Assembly (NCBI RefSeq): GCF_018350175.1
Contig: NC_058368.1
Location: 105,154,001 to 105,218,000, forward strand
DNA length: 64,000 nt
Direction of reading: 5' to 3'
Origin: Felis catus
Lineage: Eukaryota
Below are positions 1-12,830 of the stretch, one piece after another. Positions within the stretch are counted from its first letter, which is position 1. Every line of letters starts with the position of its first letter. A program made the translations under genes and the position numbers. Below the pieces are notes generated by a model, which did no database searches, had not been told where the DNA came from, and worked only from the letters and a program-made list of their open reading frames with translations.

Positions 1-1316
1 AGATGGGGTTGGGATGACATAAACTGTCCAGAGTAAGGGGCTGAGGTGGGAGCCTACGGAAAAAGTTTCATCAGCATGAGAGATACGAGCAGGTTGTAGA
101 AGGGTAAAGAAGTTTAGAGCCTCCAGTGCCTGTTAAGCAGGGGGGAAAGCAGTAGTAAATAGAAGAGACGTTGAGCGGAAGCTTGACCACTGAGAAATGT
201 GTTGAAAGCATGTTTTATCGGGCATGAAGTTACTGCGTCACTGAGGAGAGGCCGCTGTTGGAACCCTGGACATTACAACTTTTAGACTGCTGGAAATATT
301 TAATCGTCTTAACTGGACCCATGTCAAAAAGCTCTTCTGAGAAAGTGCTATTTGCTATAATCACACCTTTAATCAGCCATGTTACTTTTAAATAAACACA
401 CATGCACATATTTAACCTATTAACTTTGTTCTCGCCGCATACTTGAATTTCCCACTGTTATCATTCCATCATTTACTCTTACTTAAGTGTCTCTCTGAGG
501 ACATTCTCTTTATTAGGGTTTAAAAATAAGCTAGAAAGTTTTAATAGCACATGATTCTCTTTAAAGGAGTTGGGGCAGTGGAATGACCAATAATCACTTT
601 AAGTGAGCGTTTCATCTGTCTAAGCTACCTGCTTTACCATATTTAGTCTGCACAAAAACCATCACCCAATTCCATGGCCATCTCCTTGCATTCTGCTACC
701 CTAGCTTGTACCTGGCCTTTGGCAAACAGAATTTCCCCAGTGCTCTGATCCCTGTCAGCGTCCCAGACCAGATACATGGAGAATATTCCCCAAAGAAGCC
801 ACTGTTAGCAGAGAGGGCTGCCCCTCTGGTGTAACCACCAACTTTGCCTGCTGCGGCTTCATCAATGACTACTTACTGGGCTCCTACTAAATGCTCCGTG
901 CTGTTTAGTCTGGTTTCTGCAGGCATGGGCCTTTCTACATATTGCACATGGATTCAGAGGCCGGGGAAGGATTTGGGTCAGAGACCTTGAACCAGTCCTG
1001 AGGAGGGGAAGGAGTGTGTATGGCTGAGGAAGAAGAGGGAGGTCATCCGAAGATAAAGAAATACTGACGTACTTAAAAGTAAGGAAGGGGATGATGAAAA
1101 GATACTGAGATGGCTTAGTGACATCGAGAAGTTTTAAAGTAGAAAAAAAAGAATAGATTTTCCTCTAGATCCTCAAGTGAGGAAACTCTACAACTAAACA
1201 AGAATTGACTGTTATAATTTTGTATAAGATTTGTCAATTAGAAGACTGTTAACTTGAACACACATGCATAATGCTCTAGTGTCTTTACTGTAATCACAGT
1301 TTAGTGGATTTTTAAA

Positions 1317-1546
1317 TTTATGTTTTATTTAAAAATTTTTTTAAAGTTTACTCATTTTTCAGAGACAGAGAGACAGAGCATGGGCAGGGGAGGGGCCAAG
1401 AGAGAGGGAGACACAGAATCTGAAGCAGGCTCCAGGCTCAGGGCTGTCAGCACAGAGCCTGACGTGGGGCTCAAACTCAGGGACCGTGAGATCATGACCT
1501 GAGCTGAAGTCAGACGCTTAACCGACTGAGCCACCCAGGTGCCCCC
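1317..1546 (-). mobile_element. Can-SINE (feline SINEC)
   Basis: Reverse complement of the GGGGCACCTGGGTGGCTCAGTCGGTT head, CT-rich linker and A tail. Near-TSD agtttagtggatttttaa / agtttactggatttttaa. Confidence 0.95.
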
Positions 1547-3959
1547 AAAGTTTACTGGATTTTTAATCTGTCCCATTCTTTTAGTTTAATCATCTTGGTT
1601 ATCTTAGTTCCATGTACTGAAATGACTGGTTTGATATTTAGGTAGACATTCTTAAGGCAAAAAGCTGAAGTTAAAAACTGGAACTCCCATTGAATTGCTG
1701 GAATTCACCACTTGAAAATCCACAGACAGGTTCAAAACCCAAACACCTGTATAAATCATACATGTGACAGCATTTAACAGACTTTTGACTTGTATAATTC
1801 ACTCATCAATTACTTTAACCACCAAGACAGATTGCGTTCATAATAAACACAAATGGCTTTAGATGGGGTGTGCCCAGAAGTGCCTGAAGAATAAACTTAA
1901 TGGTAGAAATCTCATCTGCTGGTCTTCTGCCCTTGTATCCTGCAAAACTAGGATAAGGACTAATGACACCTAACTTCTTTAGGGTCCTTGAAATGACACA
2001 CACACCTCTAAAACATCTAACCCTACGTATGTGCTTATTCCTGAAATTATTCTTGATTGAATTTGTATTCCTTTGTTTAGTAAGTGGGGGTTGCCTTCCA
2101 TTAAAGACTGCTTACCTTTATATAAACCATTTTTACCTCTGTGTAGAAACACTTATGGCTCTTTCCCTTAAGGGGGAAGTAGAATAGGAACGCAGGAGAG
2201 TGACAGCTTATACTGGAGTACGGATGCAGACGATAGACTGCCTTCTTCACAGTTTGCTCAGGACTGTCCCTACTTCACAACACATGGCAATTTCTTAAAT
2301 CTATCTGCATAAAAAGTCCTATGATACTTAATAACAGTCTTCAATCAATTCTGTTTCATTTGGCCTTGACTTACAATGCTTTTATCTTACTGGAAATGAT
2401 TGTCCTTTTTGGCTGGGGAAATTTGGGATGTTTGGAGAGAAAGACCCAGAGAAACAGATTAGTTTGATCTCACTTGATCTACTCACAAAAAATTTAAGAA
2501 ACTACCTTTTGAGATCAAACGTTAGACAGGAAGAGTTTCCCTGGAAATGGCAACTAGATCTGGAAACCCCAATCTTTTTGGAATATTTGGGCCTCTTGAA
2601 ATTTCCCCTTTCTGCATAAAATGTTTCACAGCATGAATTATCTACAGCTGTAGATATATAAGAATATTGTTTTGAGGCTAATTTTTCAAGATTTTTTTTC
2701 TGGACTGACTTTTGAAATGTATTGGAATCATTATGGGATGCTGAGGATCAATGATTCATTCCAAATATCATTGTTCTAGCCAAAGATGTTCATCCCCCAA
2801 AGTCTGATTGGTGCAGGGGGTGTGTGAGAGGGGGATTACGCAGCCGTGTGTGATCTAGGAACCAGGCTGTTTTGGAACATAGCACCATTTCTTTGCCCTG
2901 CATCCTATGGAGTTTCATTTTATCAAAGGCCCATGGCAGGGTCCTAGGGTTGAAAGTACTGTATGAACAATTGTACGATCTTTATGGCTGGTTCCATTTA
3001 CCACCAGATGGCTCTATTGTATCATTAGGAAATGCACACACATATAAAAATGGTGGGATCCTAGACCAAAGGAAAAATACAAAGCACCAGTCCAAAAAAA
3101 AAAAAAAAAAAGAAAGAAAGAACACAGTTCTTTCTTTTTATAGGGTTAATTGGAGGCAGTTAGAGGAGCCTGCGCATTCATAAGGAATTCACAAGGAAGG
3201 TCACAATCCTAGCACATATGAGGCCTCCCCTTTCAAGTTTTCATATTGCTGTGTAATTATTAATTGTTGGGATAGCCAGAGTAGTTAGGAAGTGCTCTTG
3301 TCTGGGAAGGGCCTGTGACTGATACTTCCTTACCAATTGTGTATACTCTCCTGCTTGTGGATGAGAAAGGGCAACTTCAGAACAACTTGGAGAGGCAAAG
3401 TCTACATATACCTCTGCTGACTTGAATCCTATTAGCCATATTCTGGGCAAGAATGAGCCGATTCCAAACCCTGTGGTATCTTTGCTTGAATGAACCTTGG
3501 GATGGGAAGGTGGCAATCAGAGGAAGCAGGTTTCTCTGAGTTTACATGGTTCTATTCCTCAGGAGAGGTGAATGCTAAAAATAGAGGCACTCTAGGTGAC
3601 ATCTCTCACTAGGAATGTGAAATTTTGGTCTTAGCCTCTTGAAGAAAAGTTCTGTTTGTATCAAGAAAAAAAAAAAGCTGCAAACTAACCAAACTCCAGT
3701 GTGGATAATTTTAGTCTAACTTTCTAAAGCTGTTCATTGTCACAATTTAATAAGCATTTTTTTTACCCTCCTTTTAGACACTAAACTCTTGAGTAAGACC
3801 ATTGTTTTTATAACATTTCACTCTTTTAAATTACTGTGTTGAAGAAAAAGAGATGATTTGTGTGAGTTTATTAACTCTATCCTTAGCCCATAAAGTTGTT
3901 TGAGATGCACTCAGGAAGCTATCCGTATCACAAAATAATATTTGATTATTGTTTTAAAG

Positions 3960-4067
3960 AAAGAGTCCCTGGAAACTGGACAGATGGCGTTTACTTTGGC
4001 GCAACTTGAGGCCTTGGAGATTTGCCTGAAGGAAGCAGAAGAAAAGGCTAAAACCTTATCTGAACAG
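3960..4067 (+). CDS. CCDC192: CCDC192 internal coding exon (108 nt, phase 0/0): KESLETGQMAFTLAQLEALEICLKEAEEKAKTLSEQ
   Basis: Acceptor ttgttttaaag|AAAG and donor CAG|gtaata. The peptide matches recalled human CCDC192 (KASLDTGQMAFTLAQLESLEICLKEAEEKAKALSEQ). The exact acceptor is slightly ambiguous because of tandem AGs. Confidence 0.9.
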
Positions 4068-4194
4068 GTAATACCTGTCGTTCACACTAGAAATATATGT
4101 TCCTTAAGGGTGCAGGAGAACAAATGTAAATCTAAATACTTGTTTAAAAAAAAAAACAGGAGAACAAACTGTTAATTCCCAAAATAAAGTTGGG

Positions 4195-4440
4195 GGGGGG
4201 GTGTTGCAAAATGGTACAAGCTTCCAGTTATAGAACAAATATGTCATGGAAAGAAAAGGCACAGCATAGGAAATAAAGTCAGTGATATGGTAATAGTGTG
4301 GTATGGTGACAGAAGCTAGCCATACTTATAGTGAGCACAGCATAATGTATAGAGATGGTGAATCACTATGTTGTACACCTGAAACTAATGGAACATTGTG
4401 TGTCAACTATACTCAAAGTAAATAAACAAATAAATAAATC
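4195..4440 (+). mobile_element. L1 3' end fragment (L1MA9/carnivore-type)
   Basis: Typical L1 terminus ...gaatcactatgttgtacacctgaaactaat...tgtcaactatactc followed by an AAAT tail. Confidence 0.85.
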
Positions 4441-4452
4441 TGTTAAAAAAAA

Positions 4453-4664
4453 TTTTTTTATGTTTTATTTTGTATCTGAGAGAGAAAGAGAAAGAGCGTG
4501 AGCAGGGGAGGGGTAGAGAGAGAGGGAGACACCGAATCTGAAGCAGGCTCCAGGCTCCGAGCTGTCAGCACAGAGCCCGACGCGGGGCTCGAACTCAACG
4601 AATTGGCAGATCATGACCTGAGCTGAAGTCGGATGCTTAACCGACAGAGCCACCCAGGCGCCCC
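4453..4664 (-). mobile_element. Can-SINE
   Basis: Canonical SINEC body on the minus strand, inserted at the L1 tail. Confidence 0.95.
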
Positions 4665-5452
4665 TAAATCAGTCTGTGTTTTGACCTCTGCCCCTATTGA
4701 TGCACATACATGCATGCATACACACACCAACACACACACACAGAGGGCTTCATTCATTTTAGGTATAACAATAATTACTTCAGTCTTCATGGATTTTTCC
4801 GGCCTTTAAAACTCCTTTTACGTTTGTATTTTGATTTCCATTCACCCTAGCCCATGAGTTAGGCAAGCCATCTTTAAGCAAGTAGTTCTCCTGAATCAGT
4901 GAAGCGTATTTGCATTGCAAACATCAGATAAGTCCAGAGGTCAGATAAAACCTCCAGGGAGCACAGAGGAGCAATTTTCTCAAATTGTTGGAGGAAACAG
5001 AGATTTGGCTTCCCTCTTGGGTCTTTAAAACTCACAGGAGCGGTGGAGCCCAACCAGTAGTGGGCTGTACTCGACGCTCTAGAGATGACCTAGCAGGGCT
5101 TTCATGTCAGACACGGTGACTGTGGGAATCAGCAAAGCTCAGATCAGGGACTGGCCCATTTCCCAATATTATACTTTGTAAACAGTGTAGTGCACAGCAC
5201 AAACTCCAATGTTAATTGTTGCCTCTCCTCCTGGGCAGTGGGGTTTGGCCCCTGAGAGCAAAGTCACTCCCGGAGATAGTGAGTAGAGGAAAAAGGACAG
5301 AAATGTTATCAACATTTATTGATTTATTGTGAATTGATACATTTTGTTATATAATTTTAGAAACTTTTGAAGAAGTTTTCAGTTTTTTTTGCGTACTAAG
5401 GTCTGTCTAGCAAAGTTTGCTTACATCAGAATTTTATAAGAATTTTTGTGGA

Positions 5453-5675
5453 AGGGCACCTGGGTGGCTCAGTAGGTTAAGCGTCTGACTCCTGGTTTCG
5501 GCTCAGGTCATGATCTCACAGTTTGGGAGTTCGAGCCCCACATCAGGCTCCTCGCTGATAGTGCAGAGCCTGCTTGGGATTCTTTCTCTCCCTCTCTCTC
5601 TGCCCCTCCCCTGCTCATGCGCCCACATGCGCACATTCTCTCTTTCTCTCATTCTTTCTTTGTTCTCTCTCAAAA

Positions 5676-5717
<42 letters not shown>
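5453..5717 (+). mobile_element. Can-SINE with (AAAT)n tail
   Basis: SINEC head and body. TSD aagaatttttgtgga / aagatttttttgga. Confidence 0.95.
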
Positions 5718-5718
<1 letters not shown>

Positions 5719-6523
5719 GATTTTTTTGGAGAGACTAGGGTAGATGGTGCTTGTGTTATATATTACAAAAAGTATAATTAACATGTAATGTAATGACACA
5801 CACAAATGGCCTCCATTTCTTTTTCCAATTTATCGAAAAAGTGCATCTCTTCCTTAGGGATGTGTTTATTATTTACTAAGTGTGGTTGATGTAAAAACTT
5901 GCGTCAGTTAATGAAAGGGTGTTGCCTTAGGCCCAGATCCATTTGGAAAAGTTTCTATGTCAGCCACATGCCATAACCCTGGCTTGCCAATGGGTCTTGC
6001 TTCTAAAACAAATAAAAACAAGTCTCAAAGTGTAGCAAAATTCTGAGTTATAAAGAATATAATGATGGACAAGAGCCTCCAAACCTGGAAGAAATTTTGA
6101 ATGGCTAATGAAAAGAGGGCACCCTGGCCGGTATTAGGTTGCACGGAGAAGATATATATGTTTATTTTGTAACTGAAGGCCTTTTAATGTCTTCACATTT
6201 AAACCAATAAAATTTGATTCGCCCATAAAAGTAATCATTCCGTTTGTTCTTTATAAAATATTTTTATTTTACAATAAAAACAACCAGCCCCTAACACTGA
6301 AGATTGTTAGCTCCATGATCCTTTCTGTAATATCAAACAATTAGTTTCATTTTTTAAAGTATTTGCAGATTAAGTATATAAAATGCTAACTGGATTTTAC
6401 TCAACTTCTCTGTACCTACAGTAAGTAAGATGCTACTTAGATGTTTGGGGAAGAAAGATATATAAACAGGGCTTCTGTACCCAAATAGCTCACAACCAAA
6501 AGAATCATTGAAAGAGGAAGTAA

Positions 6524-6757
6524 GGGGTGCCTGGGTGGCTCAGTTGGTTAAGCGTCAGCCTTTGGCTCAGATCATGATCTCTTGGTTCATGATTTTGAGC
6601 CCCGTGTCGGGCTCTGTGCTGACAGCTCAGAGTCTGGAGTCTGCTTCAGATACTGTGTCTCCCTCTCTCTCTGTCCCTCCTCCACTTGCACTGTGTCTCT
6701 CAAAAATAAATTTTGTTTTTCCAAAAATGAATAAACATTAAAAAAAAAAAGAAAAAG
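6524..6757 (+). mobile_element. Can-SINE
   Basis: SINEC head and body. TSD aaagaggaagt / aaagagcaagt. Confidence 0.95.
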
Positions 6758-8856
6758 AAAGAGCAAGTGAGTGAAAATACGTACTTGTATAGCTCCAGAT
6801 AAACTCTACAATAGCACTAAATTGCAGGGTCTGTGTGTATTCCTTTCCTGAAGTATTGCCTTTGGAGTTGCCAAATTTGTATAACCAAGTGAATTTCATT
6901 GAAAAAAAAAATAACCATATTACAGGCATTTTCAACACTACTTTTTTAATTGAGTATTTTATTAGATTTGGCTGTCTCTACTATTAGAGTTGAAGAGTTA
7001 ATCAAATAGAGACACTGCTGAGAGGATTCAATCCTGAAAATTTTGCTTCTTCCAGTACTTTAGTTTTTAGTCTTATTCTTGAAAACATAAAAAATATGAG
7101 AACATTCCCCTCCCCCATATTTAAATTCAGTAGACAGTTTTAAAATGTGATGACAGAAGAATAGGGAAAGACAAGGGAAGTAAAAGACCTTCCGTGAGGC
7201 TGAGATAGGAAAATATTTCAGAATCGAACACCTGTGTCAAACAATCAAACATTTGTCCACTGGGTGCCACTGTCTTCCTTACCAGGCTATGCCACTGAGT
7301 GATTACAAAAACAGAAGTTGTCATTAGTATTCAAGACAATGATGTGTGTGTGGGGGGGGGGGGGGTGGCTATTTTCTCCTATATCCAAGTATGCCTATTA
7401 AAGCTTCTTTTAAATATCATTAATTTAGGACTTGTCATAAGGATAGTGGAAAATACTAGCCGGCTTTCACTGGTAGTCCAAATTATTTTTGTCAGTCCTA
7501 TGGCTGAATATTGGCCAGACAGGCTGGTCTGGTGGCCCAGAAACAGGTTGAGGAAGCAGAGGTAATGGAGAGGACAAAGATTTGTGCTGGAACCAAGGAG
7601 TGGAAGCTCATGGTATTGTCAACTAATAGATCCTGCCTTTGAGAAAAGGGTGAATTTCACCGTTAGCCAAAGTGTTACCTCCTGGCTTTGCCTCTTAGAG
7701 AAGAACATAGAATTTGCTGAGAATGGAAAGTATAAATGCCTAGGGCTTCATCTACACGAAAGCATCTTTTGGTCCTGTGCCTCAGTTTACTTATAGTGAA
7801 ACTTTCTAAGGTCCCTTCCAGCAGAGTTTCTACTGGTTCACTATGAAGAAGAAACCTACAAACAGTGACAAAATGAGAAGATTGTGTCCACTTCCTCTGT
7901 GACATCACACAGTAAACAGAATTCCTTGTTGGTTTCCCTCTAGCTAACAAGTTTTCTTTATTTCTCTGCAGTCATGTCTCTGTTATAAAAATAAAAGCAA
8001 TATGAGATCAGGATAATCGGCGATTGAGATTTATAATCTGAGCTATTTACAGGTGTAAGAAGTTTGCAGCAACTCAGCTGGCCAGAGTGAGAAAGGGGCA
8101 TGAGAATCAAACTTTTGTCCTAGGTAATACAGTAAATAACTCATCATTACCAAGTTTTGCTGAAGAAAATACTTGATTATATTTCCAGTAGGTTGAGATC
8201 AGTGGGAGGAAATGCCTGGAAATTGGGTAGTAGATAAAGGACCAAGAGGACCAAGTAGAAGCAAGGGAAAGTGTTAGGGACTAGAGACAAAGGAGTAAAA
8301 ACGCTTCTGGAGGACCATAAAAAGCAGTTTTTGCATGTGTGCTGGTTTCTATCAGCAGTGCAGATGGGAGGGATGAAAAAAGGGGCTTGGGTGGGCTGCA
8401 ATTTGTGACCACACACAAACAAATAGATCCCACAACTTTTGTGCTGAGGTCCAACTGTTTCCTGTGCAAAGGAAATGTCAGGAAAAGCCACAGTTTCACA
8501 ATGGAACCCAGATCCAGAGGTCTCCCAGTGCAGAGCGACTCGGCAGGGCAGTTCCTGAGACACTTCCTCAGGCAACAGTTTTGGCCCATGTCTCTCCCAT
8601 TCATCAGCAGCTTCTAGTTCCCAGCTCCTAGCAGCAGACCCAGAAGAGCCCAGGCTCCACTACTTGCTAGATTAATGACCTTGGGCAATTTATATAATCT
8701 CTCTGAGTCGCAGCTATCTTATCTAAAAGGGGGTAAACAAACTGGTATCATAGGGCACTTGTGAAGAGGAAATGAGACAAGTGTATCTGGCTCTTAGTAG
8801 TTTCCCAATAAAGATTCATTTATCTCCACTTTTAGTGGTCATAACAAAACTATATA

Positions 8857-8960
8857 GGGGCTCCTGGGTGGCTCAGTTGGTTAAGCCTCCTCTAACTCTT
8901 GACTCCTGATTTTGGTTCAGGTGATGATCTCTCTCCTTTTCCCTCCGCACCTCCCCACTA
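8857..8960 (+). mobile_element. Internally deleted Can-SINE
   Basis: The head ggggctcctgggtggctcagttggttaag..caggtgatgatctc jumps straight to the CT linker and A tail. Confidence 0.8.
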
Positions 8961-9013
8961 CCTCTCAAAAGAAAACAAAACTGGGTGGTTCTCTGTGTCA
9001 CATGTCATGGGCT

Positions 9014-9016
<3 letters not shown>

Positions 9017-9056
<40 letters not shown>
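9017..9056. repeat. (GT)20 microsatellite
   Basis: Direct reading. Confidence 0.98.
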
Positions 9057-9059
<3 letters not shown>

Positions 9060-9586
9060 AGGAGCTTCTTTTTTTACTGGTGTGTCTCAAAAAGTTCGAA
9101 AGACACCCAAGTTGCAACATAGCAGTTCTTCAGCATTCACCCTCTTAGAGTCTCTCAAGCAGGAAACCTCCCCTCCCACCCTAGTTCCCTTGTCCTAGCT
9201 TGGCTCTCTCAGGATTGAGCTTTCTCTTCCACTCTTTTCAAGGTATTCTTGTGGTAAAGGGACTTTAGTCCTTTAACCTTTTCCATCCTTTCTGCTTCAT
9301 CTCTTGGGTCTTTTATTTCCGCCCATTCTCTGATTTTGCTCAGAGTGGGAGCTGAATGGGCAGTGGTGGTATGTGGTCATTGCAGGGTTTTATGGGGAAA
9401 CTGAGGAATGGGGGAAATCTGTGATCATTCCTTCACCAGGGAGGTGAACCCACTAACAACTACATAGTCAGAATTAGCTTCAGGTGTCTTAGGGATACCA
9501 TACCTAGAAAATATTGGTTGCATATGAAGTGTGCCATACACTCTAGCTAGTAAAGAGATGTGATTTGATGCAAGAGCTAGGAGGCT

Positions 9587-9646
9587 CATGACCTGAGCCA
9601 AAATCAGGAATTAGAAACTCAACTGACTCTGCTACCCAGGCACCCC
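9587..9646 (-). mobile_element. Can-SINE head fragment
   Basis: tcatgacctgagccaaaatc...acccaggcacccc is the reverse complement of the SINE 5' end. Confidence 0.75.
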
Positions 9647-9709
9647 ATCATGGTTCCTAGTCATAAGAACATATGGTCATAAGCCAAAACCGTTTAAAAG
9701 ACATTTCCT

Positions 9710-9866
9710 GGGGTGCCTCAGTTGGTTGAGCGTCTGACTCTTGATGTGGGCTCAGGTCACAACCCCAGGTTTGTGGGATCCAGCCCCAAGTTGGGCTCTG
9801 CACTGAGTGTGAGCAGGCTTAAGATTCTCTCTCTCTCTCTCTCTGCCCCTCTTCCCCACTTGCGCG

Positions 9867-9899
<33 letters not shown>

Positions 9900-9942
9900 T
9901 CTCTCTCTCTCTCTCTAAAAAATAAAAAAAAAATTAGAAAAT
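9710..9942 (+). mobile_element. Can-SINE with (GC)n(AC)n(TC)n linker
   Basis: SINEC body. TSD aaaagacatttcct / aaaagaagtttcct. Confidence 0.93.
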
Positions 9943-10024
9943 AAAAGAAGTTTCCTATTCAAGCAGCACTGAACAAAAACTTATCTCAGTTCCCAAACTG
10001 GAACCTGGAGAGCTCTAGCCAATT

Positions 10025-10112
10025 GCTGGGCACTACCCCCCAGAGTTTCTGATTCAGTAGATCTGGGGTGGGGCCAAGGATTTTCCTTTTTACAAATTCC
10101 CACTCTAAGCTG
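10025..10112. mobile_element. MER5A-like hAT-Charlie fragment
   Basis: cccccagagtttctgattcagtagatctggggtgggg is the MER5A signature. Confidence 0.75.
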
Positions 10113-10194
10113 AAGTTCCAGGCCTCATCCAAATCTGCGGGCAAAGGGTTCTCTTCATCCCTGTCCCATGTCCCAGCAGCAAAGAAACTGATTG

Positions 10195-10660
10195 AATCAA
10201 TTAGGATTAATCTTGGGTACATAAAACAAACAACCCCCCAAAAGAGTGGCCTAAACAAGACTCATAGAATATAAGTCTAGACACAAGCAGCCCAGGACAG
10301 GCCTGGTAGCTTCACAACCCTCAAAAGCCTGGGCTTAGTCTCTTCATGCATTCACAAACACGGCTTCCAACATCCAAGATGTACTTGCAGAGGCAGCCAT
10401 TCTATACACAGGTCAGGCAATACGAAGAAGGAAAAAGCAAATGCAAAATAGGGCAGACAAGTGCCACCTGTGCAACCCCTTTTAAGAACTTTTCTCAAAA
10501 ACTCAGTTAAAAAATTCTTATATCCCTAACCACTGCTATTTACCTGGGGCTAAGAAATATGAATATTTAGCTAGATGCATTGCCACCCTAGGAGTATGAG
10601 GATTCTTTTACTAAGAATGGGAGTATTGGAGATTAGGCAGGCAAATGGAGATCTCTGCCT
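10195..10660 (-). mobile_element. MLT1-type (ERVL-MaLR) LTR, old
   Basis: Motifs agtggcctaaacaag, catccaagatg and gggctaagaaatatgaatatttagct resemble antisense MLT1J/K. Confidence 0.55.
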
Positions 10661-10719
10661 TGCTCATCCAACCCCTTAACCATTCTGTTGCACATAGTGC
10701 TTTGTCCTGTTAACTTCAA

Positions 10720-10865
10720 TGTTCTACATCTGGATATCAGGTTTTCCAGCGCCGTTTGTTGAAGAGCTGATTCTTTCTCCTCTGAGTGGCCTTGATAGCC
10801 TTGTCAAAATCAATTGTTCATAGATGTATGAGTCTGTAGACTCTCAGTTCTGTTCCACTGCTCTG
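10720..10865 (-). mobile_element. Old L1 ORF2 fragment
   Basis: ggatatc..ttttccagc..tttgttgaagag..ccttgtcaaaatcaattg is antisense L1 ORF2. Confidence 0.75.
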
Positions 10866-11962
10866 TACCTCTGTGACTTTCAACAGGGACTCTGGTTGGA
10901 AACCCCAGGTAAATTTTTGAGTGGAAACTTAGATTCGGTCTTCTGGGTACTTTACCAAGATACTTTCTTATTGTGAGAAGGTAGTGGACCTCTCTTATTT
11001 ATGCAATAGCTGGAGATGGAATGAATCGTCTAAGTGATCCTTCACCTTAAGCATTTAGTATAGCAAGCAGGCAAGCAAAGACAAAAGACTAGTATGTTTC
11101 ACTCTAATAACCCAAAATAATTCATCATTTTATACCTAAGACTCTAAAATAAACTCCCATTATTTGCTTCTTAGTATTCAATCTATATTTTCTTTAACTT
11201 TGGGAATAGAAAAAGAATAGAGATCTTCAGCAAGTTTTTAGAGGCTAGATATGTGTTTGAATGGCTAAAAGTGATTCAATACATACTGAGACTGCTCTCC
11301 CAAAATGTTCTGGTTCTTTTTTCATTGTTGAAATGCAACAGTAGATCCCTTGATGTCAAGTTTATTTGAAATAAGTAATGTGCCCTTGGTAGGAGTATTC
11401 ATTTCTGCAAATGCTCAGAAATTATGCTTGATGTGCCAATCTGAAATCATGAGTTTTTGTGAATGAGTTTTTGTTTCCTAATCTATTTAGAAGTCTACTT
11501 TAATGCCATAAAGTCACAAGCAGTCTGTTTAACCTGGAATGGGTTTCTTTACACCATGAAACCTAGTTACTGGAAATTTCATTTAACACTTCGCTTCTGG
11601 TTGATTTTACAGCAGAATTCCCTCTTAACACACAACCACATTCCCTCTTACTGAAGCAGATGCCAATTCCCCCCCACCGCCCGCTTATTGGATTGTTGGG
11701 CATTAAGTGAGAGCTTCAGAGAATGTAAGGGAAAAAATATGAGCTGGTGAAGAGATGTGTTGTTTTGAATAGAGTCAGGCACAATGAAAAATGGGCTTCT
11801 GTTACTATTGTTGTTACAGGCGGGACACAGGGACTGCTGGCCTGTTACATAACTAAAGACTTCCTTTTGCTTATAAATGTCAAGATCAAATAGAGGTCAG
11901 TTTTAAATAGCTGACCGGGCACTAATAAATGTGACTTTCTTGTCTAAGAAAAAGCAAAATGC

Positions 11963-12004
11963 CTTATCCCTTATGAGTCATGGCTCCGCTGATAAGAACA
12001 GGTG
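11963..12004. promoter_or_regulatory. Candidate enhancer core: GATA / AP-1 / GATA / E-box
   Basis: CTTATC 11963, ATGAGTCAT 11973, GATAAG 11991 and CAGGTG 11999, all within 42 bp of non-repeat sequence. Confidence 0.35.
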
Positions 12005-12269
12005 TTTTTTGTGTGGACATTTTCTTTATAAGGTTTCGCAGAGATGGTAAACTTTTACTTTCCTTAATCTTTATAAGAAAATTAGTAAATCAGGTATATG
12101 ATTTTGGTAAATTATTCACTTAATGTTTACTAAGCCTGTACTGTGAGCAAAGCATTCTTCTAGGTACTCCCATGTATGTTAGCCAAAGGCCCTGGAAAGT
12201 CTTATCCCCATTTTTCAAATGATGAAAGCTCTTTTGTGGGACTGCAGTCCCTTACCTGCTCTTTCTATA

Positions 12270-12830
12270 CATTTCTTCCTTGGTGACTTGCCCTAAAGCA
12301 CACAATGTGCCAAGAAGAGCAACCTCCTCATCATTAGTCCTGATTTTCTTCATGATCCCAGACCTGACCATCCAACTGCCTACTGCATAGTGCCATGCAA
12401 GTTCTCATTCAACTCAAAATCTACCTGTTAATTAGCTTCCTGCTTCAAATTTGTTCCTTCTCTCAAATTTGTTCCTCCTTGTCCCTAAGCTGGGACAGGT
12501 GCCCCCAGCCACCCTGTGGTTCATATTAGAAATCTAGACAGCTTTGATTCTTTCCTTTTCCTCATTCCACACATCCAGTCAACTGCTAAGCATTATGAAT
12601 GATGCCTCTCAAATAGTTCTTGAATACATCTTCTTTTCTCTATCTCTCCCATCATCGTCCTGGTTCAGGCCACCAACTGCAGAAACTTTCCTTATGGTCC
12701 TTGTTTCATTATGGTCCTCAGTACCACACCCAGAGGGAAGATTCCACAACGCATATTTCTCCTTGGCTTAAATCTTAAATTAGTCCCCTTACACCATCAA
12801 GGGCAAATCTATATTCCTTAACAGATCCTT
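12270..12830 (+). mobile_element. L2 fragment(s)
   Basis: Degenerate L2 motifs (catccaactgcctact..., ccttggcttaaatctt). Boundaries approximate. Confidence 0.5.

Noticed and set aside
7352..7365. Poly-G runs (also 4192, 15982, 35361)
   Set aside because: Simple homopolymers of uncertain length, with no further evidence of function.
8177..8617. Three overlapping ORFs (92-132 aa)
   Set aside because: No recognisable protein similarity; consistent with chance ORFs.
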